Assembly: GCA_002780005.1 (NCBI GenBank)
Contig: PEWV01000071.1
Coordinates: 2,188 to 66,187 of the forward strand
DNA from: Candidatus Aquitaenariimonas noxiae
GTDB lineage: Bacteria; Omnitrophota; Gorgyraeia; Aquitaenariimonadales; Aquitaenariimonadaceae
Reading direction: 5' to 3'
DNA: 64,000 nucleotides
The translations under genes and the position numbers were made by a program. The notes beneath the pieces were generated by a model. The model was not told where the DNA came from. It saw only the letters and a program-made list of their open reading frames with translations, and did not search any database. Each line of letters starts with the position of its first letter. Positions within the stretch are counted from its first letter, which is position 1. Below, one piece after another: positions 20,629-30,496 of this stretch.

Positions 20629-21075
20629 ATGATAAATGGCGTAAAAGTAAAGATATTAAAAATTATACCGGATGAGAGGGGCCGGTTGATGGAGATATTC
20701 CGCAGCGATGACGAAATTTTTCGAAGATTCGGCCAGGTTTACATGACAACCGCATATCCCGGGATCGCAAAGGCATGGCATTACCATAGCATACAAACAG
20801 ATAATTTTACGTGTATCCGAGGAAAAATGCGGCTAGCATTATACGACGCGCGCAAAGATTCGTCTACATTTAAAGAAATAAACGAGTTCATTATAAGCTT
20901 AGACGATCCTAAACTGGTACAAATTCCGCCGTTAGTATATCACGGTTTTAAATGCGTAAGCGAAGAGGAGGCTGTGGTTATAAATACACCTACAGAGCCG
21001 TATAATAGAAAAAATCCTGACGAATACAGGATAGACCCTTATAATAACGATATACCATATGATTGGAGGAAGTGA
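20629..21075 (+). CDS. rmlC: dTDP-4-dehydrorhamnose 3,5-epimerase family cupin
   Basis: DERG, KAWHYH..QTD, DARKDS.T and IPPLVYHGF motifs; adjacent to rmlABD. Confidence 0.85.
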   Translation: MINGVKVKILKIIPDERGRLMEIFRSDDEIFRRFGQVYMTTAYPGIAKAWHYHSIQTDNFTCIRGKMRLALYDARKDSSTFKEINEFIISLDDPKLVQIPPLVYHGFKCVSEEEAVVINTPTEPYNRKNPDEYRIDPYNNDIPYDWRK

Positions 21076-21137
21076 ACTGCTCGTCGCCGCAAGTTAATCG
21101 CAAGCGACTTGGGACAATTTTTTCGAAAAGGAGAAAT

Positions 21138-21884
21138 ATGAAAAATTTGAAGGGAGTTATTTTGGCGGGTGGTTTAGGTAAAAGGTTGTATCCGTTAACC
21201 AAGATAACGAATAAACATCTTCTTCCGGTGTATAACAAGCCCATGATATATTATCCGATCCAGACCCTTGTAGACGCCGGAATAACAGATATCTTGATCG
21301 TCACGGGCGGAAATCACGCCGGAGAATTTTTGAGGTTGCTAGGAAACGGAAGCGAGTTTGGTCTAAAGCATATAAACTACACATATCAGGAGGGGGAGGG
21401 CGGAATAGCGCATGCCCTGGCCTTGGCCAAGCATTTTGCAGGAGGCGGCAAGGTCGTTGTTATACTCGGAGATAATATGATAGAAAAAAACATAAGAGGG
21501 TATGTTGAAAAATTTAAAAAACAACTGAGTGGAGCAAAAATACTTTTAAAAGAAGTCGAAGATCCTGCCCGCTTCGGCGTTGCTGAAGTTAAAGGTAATA
21601 AAATCATATCCATAGTTGAAAAACCAAAGAAACCTAAATCCAATTATGCCGTTACAGGCATATACATGTACGACAATAGCGTATTTGATATTATTAAAAC
21701 ATTAAAGCCGTCCGGAAGGGGCGAACTGGAAATAACCGATGTTAATAATGATTATTTGCGAAAAGGCAAGCTTACCTTTGATGTGCTAGACGGCTGGTGG
21801 ACTGACTCCGGGACGTTTGAGTCGCTTTTTAAGGCTAATAAATTAATAGTTGATAGAGAAAAAAAAGGACAAATAATCTTGTAA
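21138..21884 (+). CDS. rmlA: Glucose-1-phosphate thymidylyltransferase (short form)
   Basis: GVILAGGLGKRLYPLT, NKHLLPVYNKPMI, EKPK and SGRGELEITD motifs. Start reassigned to ATG 21138 behind RBS AGGAG. Confidence 0.9.
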   Translation: MKNLKGVILAGGLGKRLYPLTKITNKHLLPVYNKPMIYYPIQTLVDAGITDILIVTGGNHAGEFLRLLGNGSEFGLKHINYTYQEGEGGIAHALALAKHFAGGGKVVVILGDNMIEKNIRGYVEKFKKQLSGAKILLKEVEDPARFGVAEVKGNKIISIVEKPKKPKSNYAVTGIYMYDNSVFDIIKTLKPSGRGELEITDVNNDYLRKGKLTFDVLDGWWTDSGTFESLFKANKLIVDREKKGQIIL

Positions 21885-21899
21885 ATACGGAGTTATTAA

Positions 21900-22853
21900 A
21901 TGAAAATACTTGTTACGGGCGGATGCGGTTTTATAGGCTCAAATTTTATTCGACATATTCTTAAAAAGTATAAAAATTATAAAATAGTAAATTTCGACAA
22001 TCTCACATATGCCGGCAACCCCGAGAACCTGAAGGATATAGAACATGATGTCCGTTATGCCTTTGTAAAAGGCGACATATGCGATCAGGCTGCCGTCGAA
22101 GAAGCTATGGTAGGCTGCAATATAGTAATAAACTTCGCGGCGGAGTCCCATGTGGATAGGTCTATAGAGCGTCCCGAAAATTTCGTGCAAACAAATTTTT
22201 ACGGCGCTTATATTCTTTTAGAAGAAGCGAAGAAGAAGGGCGTAGAAAAGTTTATGCAAATAAGCACCGATGAGGTGTATGGCAGTATTGTTAAAGGCTC
22301 GTTTACGGAAGAAAGCCCTCTGGCGCCCAATAGCCCTTATTCGGCCAGCAAGGCCGCTGCGGACCTTTTAGCGCGTTCGTATTATAAGACATATGGCTTT
22401 CCGGTGCTGATTACAAGAAGTTCGAACAACTTCGGCCCATATCAGTATCCGGAAAAAGTTATGCCGCTTTTTATAACCAAAGCCTTTGAGAATAAACGTT
22501 TACCACTCTATGGCGACGGAGGTAATGTAAGGGATTGGTTGTTTGTGATCGATAATTGCGAAGGTATTGATCTCGTATTGCATAAAGGCAAATTCGGAGA
22601 AGCATATAATATCGGAGACGAGACCGAAATAAGCAACTTAGAGCTGACCAAACTTTTATTGGATATTCTGGGAAAGCCGCATTCGCTGATCGAATTTGTA
22701 AAAGATAGATTAGGTCACGACAGGCGTTACTCGCTGGATTGCAGAAAAATAAAAAAACTAGGTTGGTTGCCGAAATGCGATTTTAAAACAGCCTTATTGT
22801 CCACCGTTGAATGGTATGGTGCCAATAAAGAGTGGTGGATAAAGTTGAAATAG
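21900..22853 (+). CDS. rmlB: dTDP-glucose 4,6-dehydratase
   Basis: TGGCGFIGS, LTYAGN, AAESHVDRSI, STDEVYG, YSASK and GHDRRY motifs. Confidence 0.95.
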   Translation: MKILVTGGCGFIGSNFIRHILKKYKNYKIVNFDNLTYAGNPENLKDIEHDVRYAFVKGDICDQAAVEEAMVGCNIVINFAAESHVDRSIERPENFVQTNFYGAYILLEEAKKKGVEKFMQISTDEVYGSIVKGSFTEESPLAPNSPYSASKAAADLLARSYYKTYGFPVLITRSSNNFGPYQYPEKVMPLFITKAFENKRLPLYGDGGNVRDWLFVIDNCEGIDLVLHKGKFGEAYNIGDETEISNLELTKLLLDILGKPHSLIEFVKDRLGHDRRYSLDCRKIKKLGWLPKCDFKTALLSTVEWYGANKEWWIKLK

Positions 22854-22856
22854 ATC

Positions 22857-23756
22857 ATGAAAGACCGTATATTGATAACCGGTGCGTCAGGGATGCTGGG
22901 AACAGATTTGTGCCTTAATTTTTTAAAAAAATACGATGTATGCGGCGCCGATCTAGCCGGACCAAAAATAAAAGAGAGATGCCCTGCTCAGGTTAAATTT
23001 TACAAACTTGATATAACTGACAGGCTTGGTACGATTAAGCTAATAAACGATATAAAACCGGCTATTGTTGTGCATGCCGCTGCGTATACCGATGTAGACG
23101 GCTGCGAAAAAGACAAAAGTGCGGCATTTAACGTAAATGCCGACGGAGCCGGCAATGTCGCCTTAGGGTGCAAGAAAATAAATGCTACTCTTTTCTATAT
23201 CAGCACAGATTTTGTGTTTGACGGTAAAAAAACCGAACCATATACCGAAGATGATGATACAAATCCTATAAATATTTATGGCGAGTCAAAGTTGGCAGGA
23301 GAGAGATTAGTTGTGCAAAACGCTGGGAGTCATGTGATAGTACGCACCTCTTGGCTCTTTGGAAAATGCGGGAAAAATTTTGTTGATACCATAATAGGAT
23401 TAGCGAAAACAAGAAAAGAAATAAAAGTCGTGGACGATCAAATTGGTTCACCGACATATACGGCGGATTTGGCAAAGGCTATTTTTAAGCTTGCGGAAAT
23501 CACGATGGCAAAGCCCGTAAAGGATATTTATCACATCTCAAATAACGGAAAGGTTTCCTGGTATGAATACACGCGGCGCATATTAGAATACGCGCATATT
23601 GCCGACGTGAAAGTAACTCCAATTACATCGGAGGAGTTGGATCGGCCTGCAAAGAGGCCCAAGATGTCAGCACTAAATAACAGTAGATATCAAAAAACCA
23701 CTCATGATAAAATGAGGGATTATAATGAGGCGTTACAAGAATATTTAATAAAATAG
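22857..23756 (+). CDS. rmlD: dTDP-4-dehydrorhamnose reductase
   Basis: GASGMLG, AAYTDVDGCE, STDFVFDG, YGESK and DQIGSPT motifs. Confidence 0.93.
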   Translation: MKDRILITGASGMLGTDLCLNFLKKYDVCGADLAGPKIKERCPAQVKFYKLDITDRLGTIKLINDIKPAIVVHAAAYTDVDGCEKDKSAAFNVNADGAGNVALGCKKINATLFYISTDFVFDGKKTEPYTEDDDTNPINIYGESKLAGERLVVQNAGSHVIVRTSWLFGKCGKNFVDTIIGLAKTRKEIKVVDDQIGSPTYTADLAKAIFKLAEITMAKPVKDIYHISNNGKVSWYEYTRRILEYAHIADVKVTPITSEELDRPAKRPKMSALNNSRYQKTTHDKMRDYNEALQEYLIK

Positions 23757-23764
23757 GAGATGAT

Positions 23765-24742
23765 ATGAAAGTACTGATAACCGGTATTACGGGTTTTGTG
23801 GGGAGCCATTTGGCAGATTATCTTTTAAGTAAAGGTAATATTGAAGTCCATGGTGTTGAAAGATGGAGGAGCAAGACAGAGAATATTGACCACATAAAAG
23901 ATAAAATAAGTCTACATGAATGCGATGTGCGCGACGCATCTAGCGTTAATAAGCTTATCGAATCGATAAAACCCGACAGAATATTTCATCTTGCTGCCCA
24001 AAGCTTTGTGCCTACCTCTTGGCATGCCCCTACTGAAACGATTACAACAAACATTATAGGTGAACTTAATCTTTTCGAAGCGATCAGGAGTATCGGCATA
24101 AATCCCTTTATTCAGATCGCCGGATCAAGCGAGGAATATGGTTTGATAGATAGAAAAATTTTACCGGTTAAAGAGGACGCGCCGTTAAATCCATTGAGCC
24201 CATACGGCGTATCAAAAGTAGGGCAGGACCTTTTGGGCTATCAATATCACATGAGCTATAAACTGAATATTGTTCGCACCAGGGCTTTTAACCATAGCGG
24301 TCCACGCCGGGGAGAGCCGTTTGTATGTTCGAATTTTGCAAAACAGATCGTACTGATCGAAAATGGGTTGTTCGAACCTGTCATATATGTAGGCAACTTA
24401 TCAACGATAAGAGATTTCACAGATGTAAGGGATGTGGTAAGGGCATACTGGCTAGCCCTGGAAAAAGGACAGCCGGGGGAGGTGTACAATATTTCGTCGG
24501 GTAAAGGATATTCGATGGAAGAACTTCTCAAAATACTCCTATCGTTTACAAATAAAAAAATACAAATAAAACAAGATAGTCAAAGGATGAGACCCAGCGA
24601 TCTCCCTATTCTGGTAGGCGACAGTACAAAATTCAGGAAATTAACAGGCTGGAAGCCTGAGATACCTTTCGAGAAAACATTGGAAGATTTATTAAATTAT
24701 TGGAGAGAAAAAGTTGGAAGCTTACAAAAAGTTAAGAAATAG
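23765..24742 (+). CDS. GDP-mannose 4,6-dehydratase / GDP-4-keto-6-deoxymannose reductase (Gmd/Rmd) family SDR
   Basis: TGITGFVG, HLAAQSFV, SSEEYG, SPYGVSK, FNHSGPRRG and RDFTDVRD motifs. Confidence 0.85.
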   Translation: MKVLITGITGFVGSHLADYLLSKGNIEVHGVERWRSKTENIDHIKDKISLHECDVRDASSVNKLIESIKPDRIFHLAAQSFVPTSWHAPTETITTNIIGELNLFEAIRSIGINPFIQIAGSSEEYGLIDRKILPVKEDAPLNPLSPYGVSKVGQDLLGYQYHMSYKLNIVRTRAFNHSGPRRGEPFVCSNFAKQIVLIENGLFEPVIYVGNLSTIRDFTDVRDVVRAYWLALEKGQPGEVYNISSGKGYSMEELLKILLSFTNKKIQIKQDSQRMRPSDLPILVGDSTKFRKLTGWKPEIPFEKTLEDLLNYWREKVGSLQKVKK

Positions 24743-26018
24743 CATTATAAAGAAAAAGGCGAACATTGCGGTAATTGGTTTAGGGTACGTAGGCCTGCCT
24801 ATAGCGATAGAGTTTGTTAAGGCCGGTTTTAATGTATTTGGTCTAGAGAATGACATTGACCGCATAAACAAGCTGCAAAAAGGTGAGTCTTACATACTGG
24901 ACGTCGAAACTGAAGTTTTAAGAAAATTGGTTAACGGAGAAAAATTTCATGTCGGAAGCGGTTCCGGCATTCTTAGGCATGCCGATGTCGTTATAGTGTG
25001 TGTACCTACGCCGCTTCGAAAGACAAAAATCCCTAATATTTCATATATAATTAAAGCGATCCGGGCAATAGCTGTGAACTTAAAGAGCCCGTCTCTAATT
25101 GTGCTGGAAAGTACGACATACCCGGGTACAACAAGGGATGTTGTTATGCCAATTCTTAAGAGAAGGGGCTTTAGAGAAGGAAAGGATTTCTTTTTGGCAT
25201 TCTCGCCCGAAAGAATAGATCCGGGCAATACGAAATATAGCCTTATGAATGTGCCGAAGCTCGTTGGTGGGACAAGTAAAAACTCGACAGATCTCGCGTA
25301 TGTACTGTATTCACAAATTATAAAAAAGGTCGTTTGTGTTTCGAGCTCAGAAGTTGCGGAAGTGGTAAAGTTGCTGGAAAATACCTTTCGGATAGTTAAT
25401 ATAGGGCTTATAAACGAATTCGCCATGTTGTGCCACAAGTTCAAGATAGACGTTTGGGAGGTTATAAGGGCTGCAAAGACAAAACCATTCGGGTTTATGG
25501 CATTTTATCCCGGGCCGGGCATAGGGGGCCATTGTATACCAAAGGACCCGTTGTACCTTTCGTGGAAAGCTAGAAAAGCCGGTTTTAAAACAAAAATGAT
25601 AGATCTGGCCTCGAAGGTTAATTCATTTATGCCGGCCTATGCAGTTGAGCGCGTGAAAGATATCCTAGGCGGAAAAATAAGGGGTGCAAACATACTCGTC
25701 TTGGGGGTAACGTATAAGCGCGACGTAAAAGATCTTAGAGAGTCCCCGGCTTTAGAAATAATTGAGCTCCTTAAATGGCGTCAAGCGAATGTATCGTACA
25801 GCGATCCGCACATACCTTATTTACGGATAAAAAACATTGATCTTACCTCGTCTAAACTATCAAAAGCAATACTGGCAAAGCAGGATTGCATTATTCTCGT
25901 CACCGATCACAGCGGCTTCGATTATCATTTTATCGCGAAGCATGCAAAAAGAATTTTTGATACAAGAAATGTCTTTGATTCTTATAATGTTCGTTCAAAA
26001 AATATCACCGCACTTTAG
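24714..26018 (+). CDS. UDP-N-acetylhexosamine 6-dehydrogenase (WbpA/WecC-like)
   Basis: GLGYVGLP, ESTTYPGTT, SPERIDPGN, KLLENTFR and GPGIGGHCIPKDP motifs. Confidence 0.88.
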   Translation: MEAYKKLRNSIIKKKANIAVIGLGYVGLPIAIEFVKAGFNVFGLENDIDRINKLQKGESYILDVETEVLRKLVNGEKFHVGSGSGILRHADVVIVCVPTPLRKTKIPNISYIIKAIRAIAVNLKSPSLIVLESTTYPGTTRDVVMPILKRRGFREGKDFFLAFSPERIDPGNTKYSLMNVPKLVGGTSKNSTDLAYVLYSQIIKKVVCVSSSEVAEVVKLLENTFRIVNIGLINEFAMLCHKFKIDVWEVIRAAKTKPFGFMAFYPGPGIGGHCIPKDPLYLSWKARKAGFKTKMIDLASKVNSFMPAYAVERVKDILGGKIRGANILVLGVTYKRDVKDLRESPALEIIELLKWRQANVSYSDPHIPYLRIKNIDLTSSKLSKAILAKQDCIILVTDHSGFDYHFIAKHAKRIFDTRNVFDSYNVRSKNITAL

Positions 26019-26033
26019 TTTTTAGGAGGATCC

Positions 26034-27056
26034 GTGGCTAAGTATCTGGTAACAGGCGGCGCCGGATTTATCGGCTCCAATATCGTAGAAGAGCTAATAA
26101 AAAGAGGTGAAAAGGTCAGGGTAATAGATAATTTCTCGACGGGAAGAAAGGAGAACCTTAACTTTGCGTTGGGTGACAACGTCACCAAGTCACAACGTCA
26201 CCAGCAAAAGCCATCTGGTGACCTGGTGACCTGGTGCTCTGGTGACTTCGAATTAATCGAAGGAGATATAAGGGATGAAGCCGTGGTAAAAAGGGCTGTA
26301 AAGGGGATGGATATAGTATTGCACCAAGCCGCGTTTCGTAGCGTCGCAAAATCTGTAGAAGAACCGGCGCTTACGGTCGATGTGAACATATTAGGCACTT
26401 TAAATATTTTAATGGCGAGTTGGAAGGAGGGCGTAAAAAGAGTGGTTTGTGCATCCAGCAGTTCTGTATATGGTGAAACAGAAAAATTTCCCCAGAAAGA
26501 AAGCGATCCACCAAGCCCGATCTCTCCTTATGCAGCATCCAAATTATCAGGCGAGCATTATTGCAAAGTCTTTAGTGAAACCTACGGCATAGAAACTGTT
26601 TGTTTACGATATTTTAATGTGTTTGGCCCTAGGCAAAATCCTGAGTCGAAATATTCGACGGTTATCCCGGCTTTTATAGCCTGGATGCTTAAGGATGAGC
26701 CGCCCAAGGTTGACAGTGACGGTAAGCAATCAAGAGATTTTACTTATGTGAGTAATGTCGTAAACGCAAATTTATCTGCTGCGGCGATCCCTAACCTTAA
26801 ATGGGATGTTATAAATATTGCATGCGGCGAAACTCATAGTGTTTTAGATATAGTTAGCGTGTTAAATAAAATTTTAGGGAAAAATATTAAACCCACCTTC
26901 TGGCCAAAAAGAAAAGGCGATGTTAGGTGCACCATCGCGGATATAACAAAAATGAAGAAGGTTTTGGGGCTTAGCGCCCAGGTGGGTTTTGAAGAAGGCA
27001 TAAGGAAAACCGTAGAATGGTTCAAGTCGCACCCAGAAGCCATAAAACTTATATAA
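26034..27056 (+). CDS. NAD-dependent epimerase (WbpP-like UDP-HexNAc C4-epimerase) carrying a 23-aa in-frame insertion
   Basis: [28 protein letters not shown] and RYFNVFGPRQ motifs; the insert is described separately. Confidence 0.85.
   Translation: MAKYLVTGGAGFIGSNIVEELIKRGEKVRVIDNFSTGRKENLNFALGDNVTKSQRHQQKPSGDLVTWCSGDFELIEGDIRDEAVVKRAVKGMDIVLHQAAFRSVAKSVEEPALTVDVNILGTLNILMASWKEGVKRVVCASSSSVYGETEKFPQKESDPPSPISPYAASKLSGEHYCKVFSETYGIETVCLRYFNVFGPRQNPESKYSTVIPAFIAWMLKDEPPKVDSDGKQSRDFTYVSNVVNANLSAAAIPNLKWDVINIACGETHSVLDIVSVLNKILGKNIKPTFWPKRKGDVRCTIADITKMKKVLGLSAQVGFEEGIRKTVEWFKSHPEAIKLI
26172..26246. repeat. Palindromic 8-mer repeat array inserted in frame (69 bp between GGTGAC direct repeats)
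   Basis: GTCACCAA GTCACAAC GTCACCAG, 10-nt loop, then CTGGTGAC CTGGTGAC CTGGTGCT CTGGTGAC. Confidence 0.85.
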
Positions 27057-27060
27057 GAAT

Positions 27061-28236
27061 ATGAACAGTAAGCCGGTACGAACAAAAGAAAATTTTCTTA
27101 TTTTCGGTTCCCCTATCATAGAACAGCCCGAGATCGATGAAGTGGTAAAGAGCATGAAATCCGGATGGCTGGGCACTGGTCCTAAAGTTGCGCAATTCGA
27201 AACAGATTTCAAAGCATATAAAGGCGCAAATTATGCCGCAGCTCTCAATTCATGCACAGCTTCATTGCATTTAAGTATGCTGGCCAGCGATATCGGAAAA
27301 GGTGATGAAATAATCACGACGCCGATGACATTTTGCGCTACTGTAAATGCGATTATTCATTGCGGCGCAACCCCCGTGTTGGCTGACGTTGACCAACGGA
27401 CAATGAATATCGATCCTAAATGCGTCGAGGCTAAGATCACACCAAAAACAAAAGCGATTTTGCCGGTGCATTTTGCCGGTAGGCCCTGCGACATGGACGC
27501 TCTATTAAATATAGCCGAGAGGCACAACCTTAAAATAATTGAGGATTGCGCCCATGCGATCGAGACTACATACAACGGGAAGCATGCAGGAACTTTTGGG
27601 GAATTCGGGTGTTTTAGTTTCTATGTCACAAAAAATATAGTTACAGGAGAGGGTGGGATGGTTCTAGCCAAGAGCGAAGAGGCCATCAATCGTATTAAGA
27701 TACTCGGCCTTCATGGTATGACAAAAGATGCCTGGAAGCGTTTCAGTGATGAAGGGTATAAGCATTATTTGGTTGTGACGGCCGGTTTTAAGTATAACAT
27801 GATGGATATACAAGCAGCTATAGGCATACATCAGCTCAAAAGAATCGAAGTGTATTGGAAGAGAAGGCAAGCGATATGGCAGAGGTATAATGAAGCATTT
27901 TCTAATTTACCTATAGGGTTACCTGCTGACACGGCTTCAAACATTCGCCATGCCTACCATCTTTACACTATTTCTGTCGATAAAGATAAAGCCGGAATAA
28001 GCAGAGATAGCTTTATCGATGCGGTAACAGCCGAAGGTATTGGTGTGGGCGTGCATTATTTAAGCATACCAGAACACCCTTTTTATCAGAAGACTTTCGG
28101 GTGGAAGCCAGAAGATTATCCAAATGCTATGCGAATAGGGCGGCAAACTGTAAGTTTACCAATATCTGCAAAATTGACAGATTCTGATATTGCCGATGTA
28201 ATTAAAGCTATTTATAAAGTCGTAAAATCTAAATAA
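27061..28236 (+). CDS. DegT/DnrJ/EryC1/StrS PLP-dependent sugar aminotransferase
   Basis: SGWLGTGP, PVHFAG, EDCAHA, FSFYVTKN.VTGEGG and GFKYNM motifs. Confidence 0.92.
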   Translation: MNSKPVRTKENFLIFGSPIIEQPEIDEVVKSMKSGWLGTGPKVAQFETDFKAYKGANYAAALNSCTASLHLSMLASDIGKGDEIITTPMTFCATVNAIIHCGATPVLADVDQRTMNIDPKCVEAKITPKTKAILPVHFAGRPCDMDALLNIAERHNLKIIEDCAHAIETTYNGKHAGTFGEFGCFSFYVTKNIVTGEGGMVLAKSEEAINRIKILGLHGMTKDAWKRFSDEGYKHYLVVTAGFKYNMMDIQAAIGIHQLKRIEVYWKRRQAIWQRYNEAFSNLPIGLPADTASNIRHAYHLYTISVDKDKAGISRDSFIDAVTAEGIGVGVHYLSIPEHPFYQKTFGWKPEDYPNAMRIGRQTVSLPISAKLTDSDIADVIKAIYKVVKSK

Positions 28237-28306
28237 CCTCTTACAGACCTACAAGTTACAACAATAGCAAAAATCCAAAAACTGTTAAATATTATAATTT
28301 TTTATC

Positions 28307-28335
28307 TTGACTCCCAAATTCAAATATGGTAATAT
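28307..28335 (+). promoter_or_regulatory. Internal sigma70-type promoter
   Basis: TTGACT (28307-28312), 17-nt spacer, extended -10 TGn-TAATAT (28327-28335) in a 164-bp intergenic gap. Confidence 0.55.
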
Positions 28336-28400
28336 AAAACCTGTTTTCCTATTCCCGATATTATGATGAAATAAGTTATAATATAACAGAAGGGTGGATT

Positions 28401-29339
28401 ATGAAGACCGTCTTGTTGACCGGGGGCGCAGGTTTTATAGGTTCACACCTTTGCAGGTACTTGCTAGACAAGAGATTTCGGGTTATTTGCGTTGACAACC
28501 TTCTTACTGGTGATTTAAACAACGTAGCATCATTAAGAGCCAATCCAAACTTTGATTTCATAAAGCACGATGTGACAAAGAATATCCACCTCGATGAAGA
28601 TATAGATTTTGTCTTACATTTTGCTTCACCGGCAAGCCCGATCGATTACAAAAAACTTCCCATACAAACTTTAAAGGTGGGTTCTCTGGGAACTCATAAT
28701 GCCCTAGGCGTAGCCAAGGCAAAGGGTGCCAAGTTCTTGCTTGCTTCGACTTCTGAAGTTTACGGTGACCCGCTTATCCATCCGCAGCCGGAAAGCTACT
28801 GGGGGAATGTTAATCCCATAGGGCCGCGAGGAGTCTATGATGAGGCAAAGCGTTTCGCAGAGGCGCTAACCCTTGCTTATCACAGGACACACAAGATTGA
28901 TACGAAAATAGTCCGCATCTTCAATACTTATGGCCCCCATATGCGCAGAAAAGATGGTCGGGCAATCCCGGAATTTATCGATCAAGCCTTATCGGGAAAA
29001 CCTATTACAGTTTTTGGCGACGGGTCGCAAACGCGCAGTTTTTGCTATATCTCGGATTTAGTTGACGGCATATACAGATTAATGAATTCTGACCTGAATG
29101 AACCTGTGAACATAGGAAATCCGGCTGAGTTTTCTGTGCTGGAATTGGCAAATATGATAAAAAAGTTTACAAAAAGCAAAAGTAAAATTATTTTTAAACC
29201 ACTGCCAATAGATGACCCTAAAGTCCGTCAGCCGGATATTAGCAAGGCAAAGAAATATCTAAAATGGTTGCCCAAGGTAGAAATAGAAGAGGGTTTGAAT
29301 AAAACCATTAGCTGGTTCAATAAACCATCCAAATCATAA
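28401..29339 (+). CDS. UDP-glucuronate decarboxylase (UDP-xylose synthase)-like SDR
   Basis: [18 protein letters not shown] and [19 protein letters not shown] motifs. Confidence 0.9.
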   Translation: MKTVLLTGGAGFIGSHLCRYLLDKRFRVICVDNLLTGDLNNVASLRANPNFDFIKHDVTKNIHLDEDIDFVLHFASPASPIDYKKLPIQTLKVGSLGTHNALGVAKAKGAKFLLASTSEVYGDPLIHPQPESYWGNVNPIGPRGVYDEAKRFAEALTLAYHRTHKIDTKIVRIFNTYGPHMRRKDGRAIPEFIDQALSGKPITVFGDGSQTRSFCYISDLVDGIYRLMNSDLNEPVNIGNPAEFSVLELANMIKKFTKSKSKIIFKPLPIDDPKVRQPDISKAKKYLKWLPKVEIEEGLNKTISWFNKPSKS

Positions 29340-30460
29340 TGATACCTATTTTAGATTTAAAAAAACAATATCATTCGATCAAAAAAGAAATAGACGCGCG
29401 CCTGCAGGAAATTCTTGAATCCGGTATTTTTATACTGGGCCCTAATGTTAAAAGTTTGGAAAAAGAAATAGCTGATTTTTGCACCACAAAATTTGCAGTC
29501 GGCGTAGCCTCGGGTACAGATGCGCTGGAGCTAGCCCTTCAAGCCCTTGGGATCAAGGGCGGGGATGAAGTTATTACCACGCCTTTCACCTTTATCGCAA
29601 CCACGGAAGCAATTTTACAAATTGGCGCAAAAATAGTTTTTGCTGACATAGATCCAATTACTTACAACATCCATCCGGCGGATATAAAAAATAAGCTTAC
29701 CAGGAAAACTAAGGCTATCATACCCGTCCATCTGTATGGTCAACCGTGCCAGATGGACGAAATTTTGAAATACGCCAAAGAATACAAGTTTTCCATTATT
29801 GAAGATTGCGCCCAGGCAATAGGGGCAGAGTATGCAGGCAGAAGAGTGGGTTCTTTTGGAAATATTGGATGCTTTAGTTTTTTCCCAACCAAAAACTTGG
29901 GCGGCTATGGAGACGGTGGAATGGTTGTTACGAATGATGAAAATATTGCAGAAAAGATAAAAATCCTTCGCGTACATGGTAGTAAGAATAAGTATTTTCA
30001 TATACTTGAAGGCCGCAATAGCCGGCTGGACGAAATCCAGGCAGGTATCTTGCGGATAAAGTTAAAATACTTGAACGAGTGGAATACGAAACGGGCAGAA
30101 AAGGCCGCACTTTACAATGATTATTTTGTAAAGGCCGGACTACAGAATGAAATAACTCTACCAAGAGCAAACGAGAATACCAAACACGTTTACCATATTT
30201 ACGTTATAAGGGTCAAGCAGAGAGACGAACTTGTGGAGTTTTTAAAATCTAAAGGTGTTTCTACGGCTGTGAATTATCCATTACCCTTGCATCTTCAGGA
30301 GGTTTACAAAAAACTAGGATATAGATCGGGAGATTTTCCAAATTCTGAATTGGCGGCTAAACAGGTTGTTTCGCTGCCCATATATCCCGAACTTACTTCA
30401 GGAGAGATAGAGTTAATAGTGAGCCTAATAAAAGAGTTTTATGCAAAAAAGGAAAATTAA
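29339..30460 (+). CDS. DegT family aminotransferase, WbpE-like (C3 transaminase)
   Basis: SGTDAL, PVHLYGQ, EDCAQA, SFFPTKNLGGYGDGG and NSRLDEIQA motifs; next to the WbpB/WbpD-like fusion. Confidence 0.88.
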   Translation: MIPILDLKKQYHSIKKEIDARLQEILESGIFILGPNVKSLEKEIADFCTTKFAVGVASGTDALELALQALGIKGGDEVITTPFTFIATTEAILQIGAKIVFADIDPITYNIHPADIKNKLTRKTKAIIPVHLYGQPCQMDEILKYAKEYKFSIIEDCAQAIGAEYAGRRVGSFGNIGCFSFFPTKNLGGYGDGGMVVTNDENIAEKIKILRVHGSKNKYFHILEGRNSRLDEIQAGILRIKLKYLNEWNTKRAEKAALYNDYFVKAGLQNEITLPRANENTKHVYHIYVIRVKQRDELVEFLKSKGVSTAVNYPLPLHLQEVYKKLGYRSGDFPNSELAAKQVVSLPIYPELTSGEIELIVSLIKEFYAKKEN

Positions 30461-30496
30461 AAACAGGGTTATTTCTTTCGCGCACGGCGGTAGTTA

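Noticed and set aside
26172-26246. Repeat arrays as a possible mini-CRISPR
   Set aside because: Units are 7-13 nt with no unique 25-45 nt spacers and no cas genes. No CRISPR array, tRNA or rRNA was recognised anywhere in the window.
28240-28262. TTACAG/CTACAA/TTACAA quasi-repeat after the DegT gene
   Set aside because: Only three degenerate units with irregular 8/7 spacing in AT-rich DNA; could be chance.
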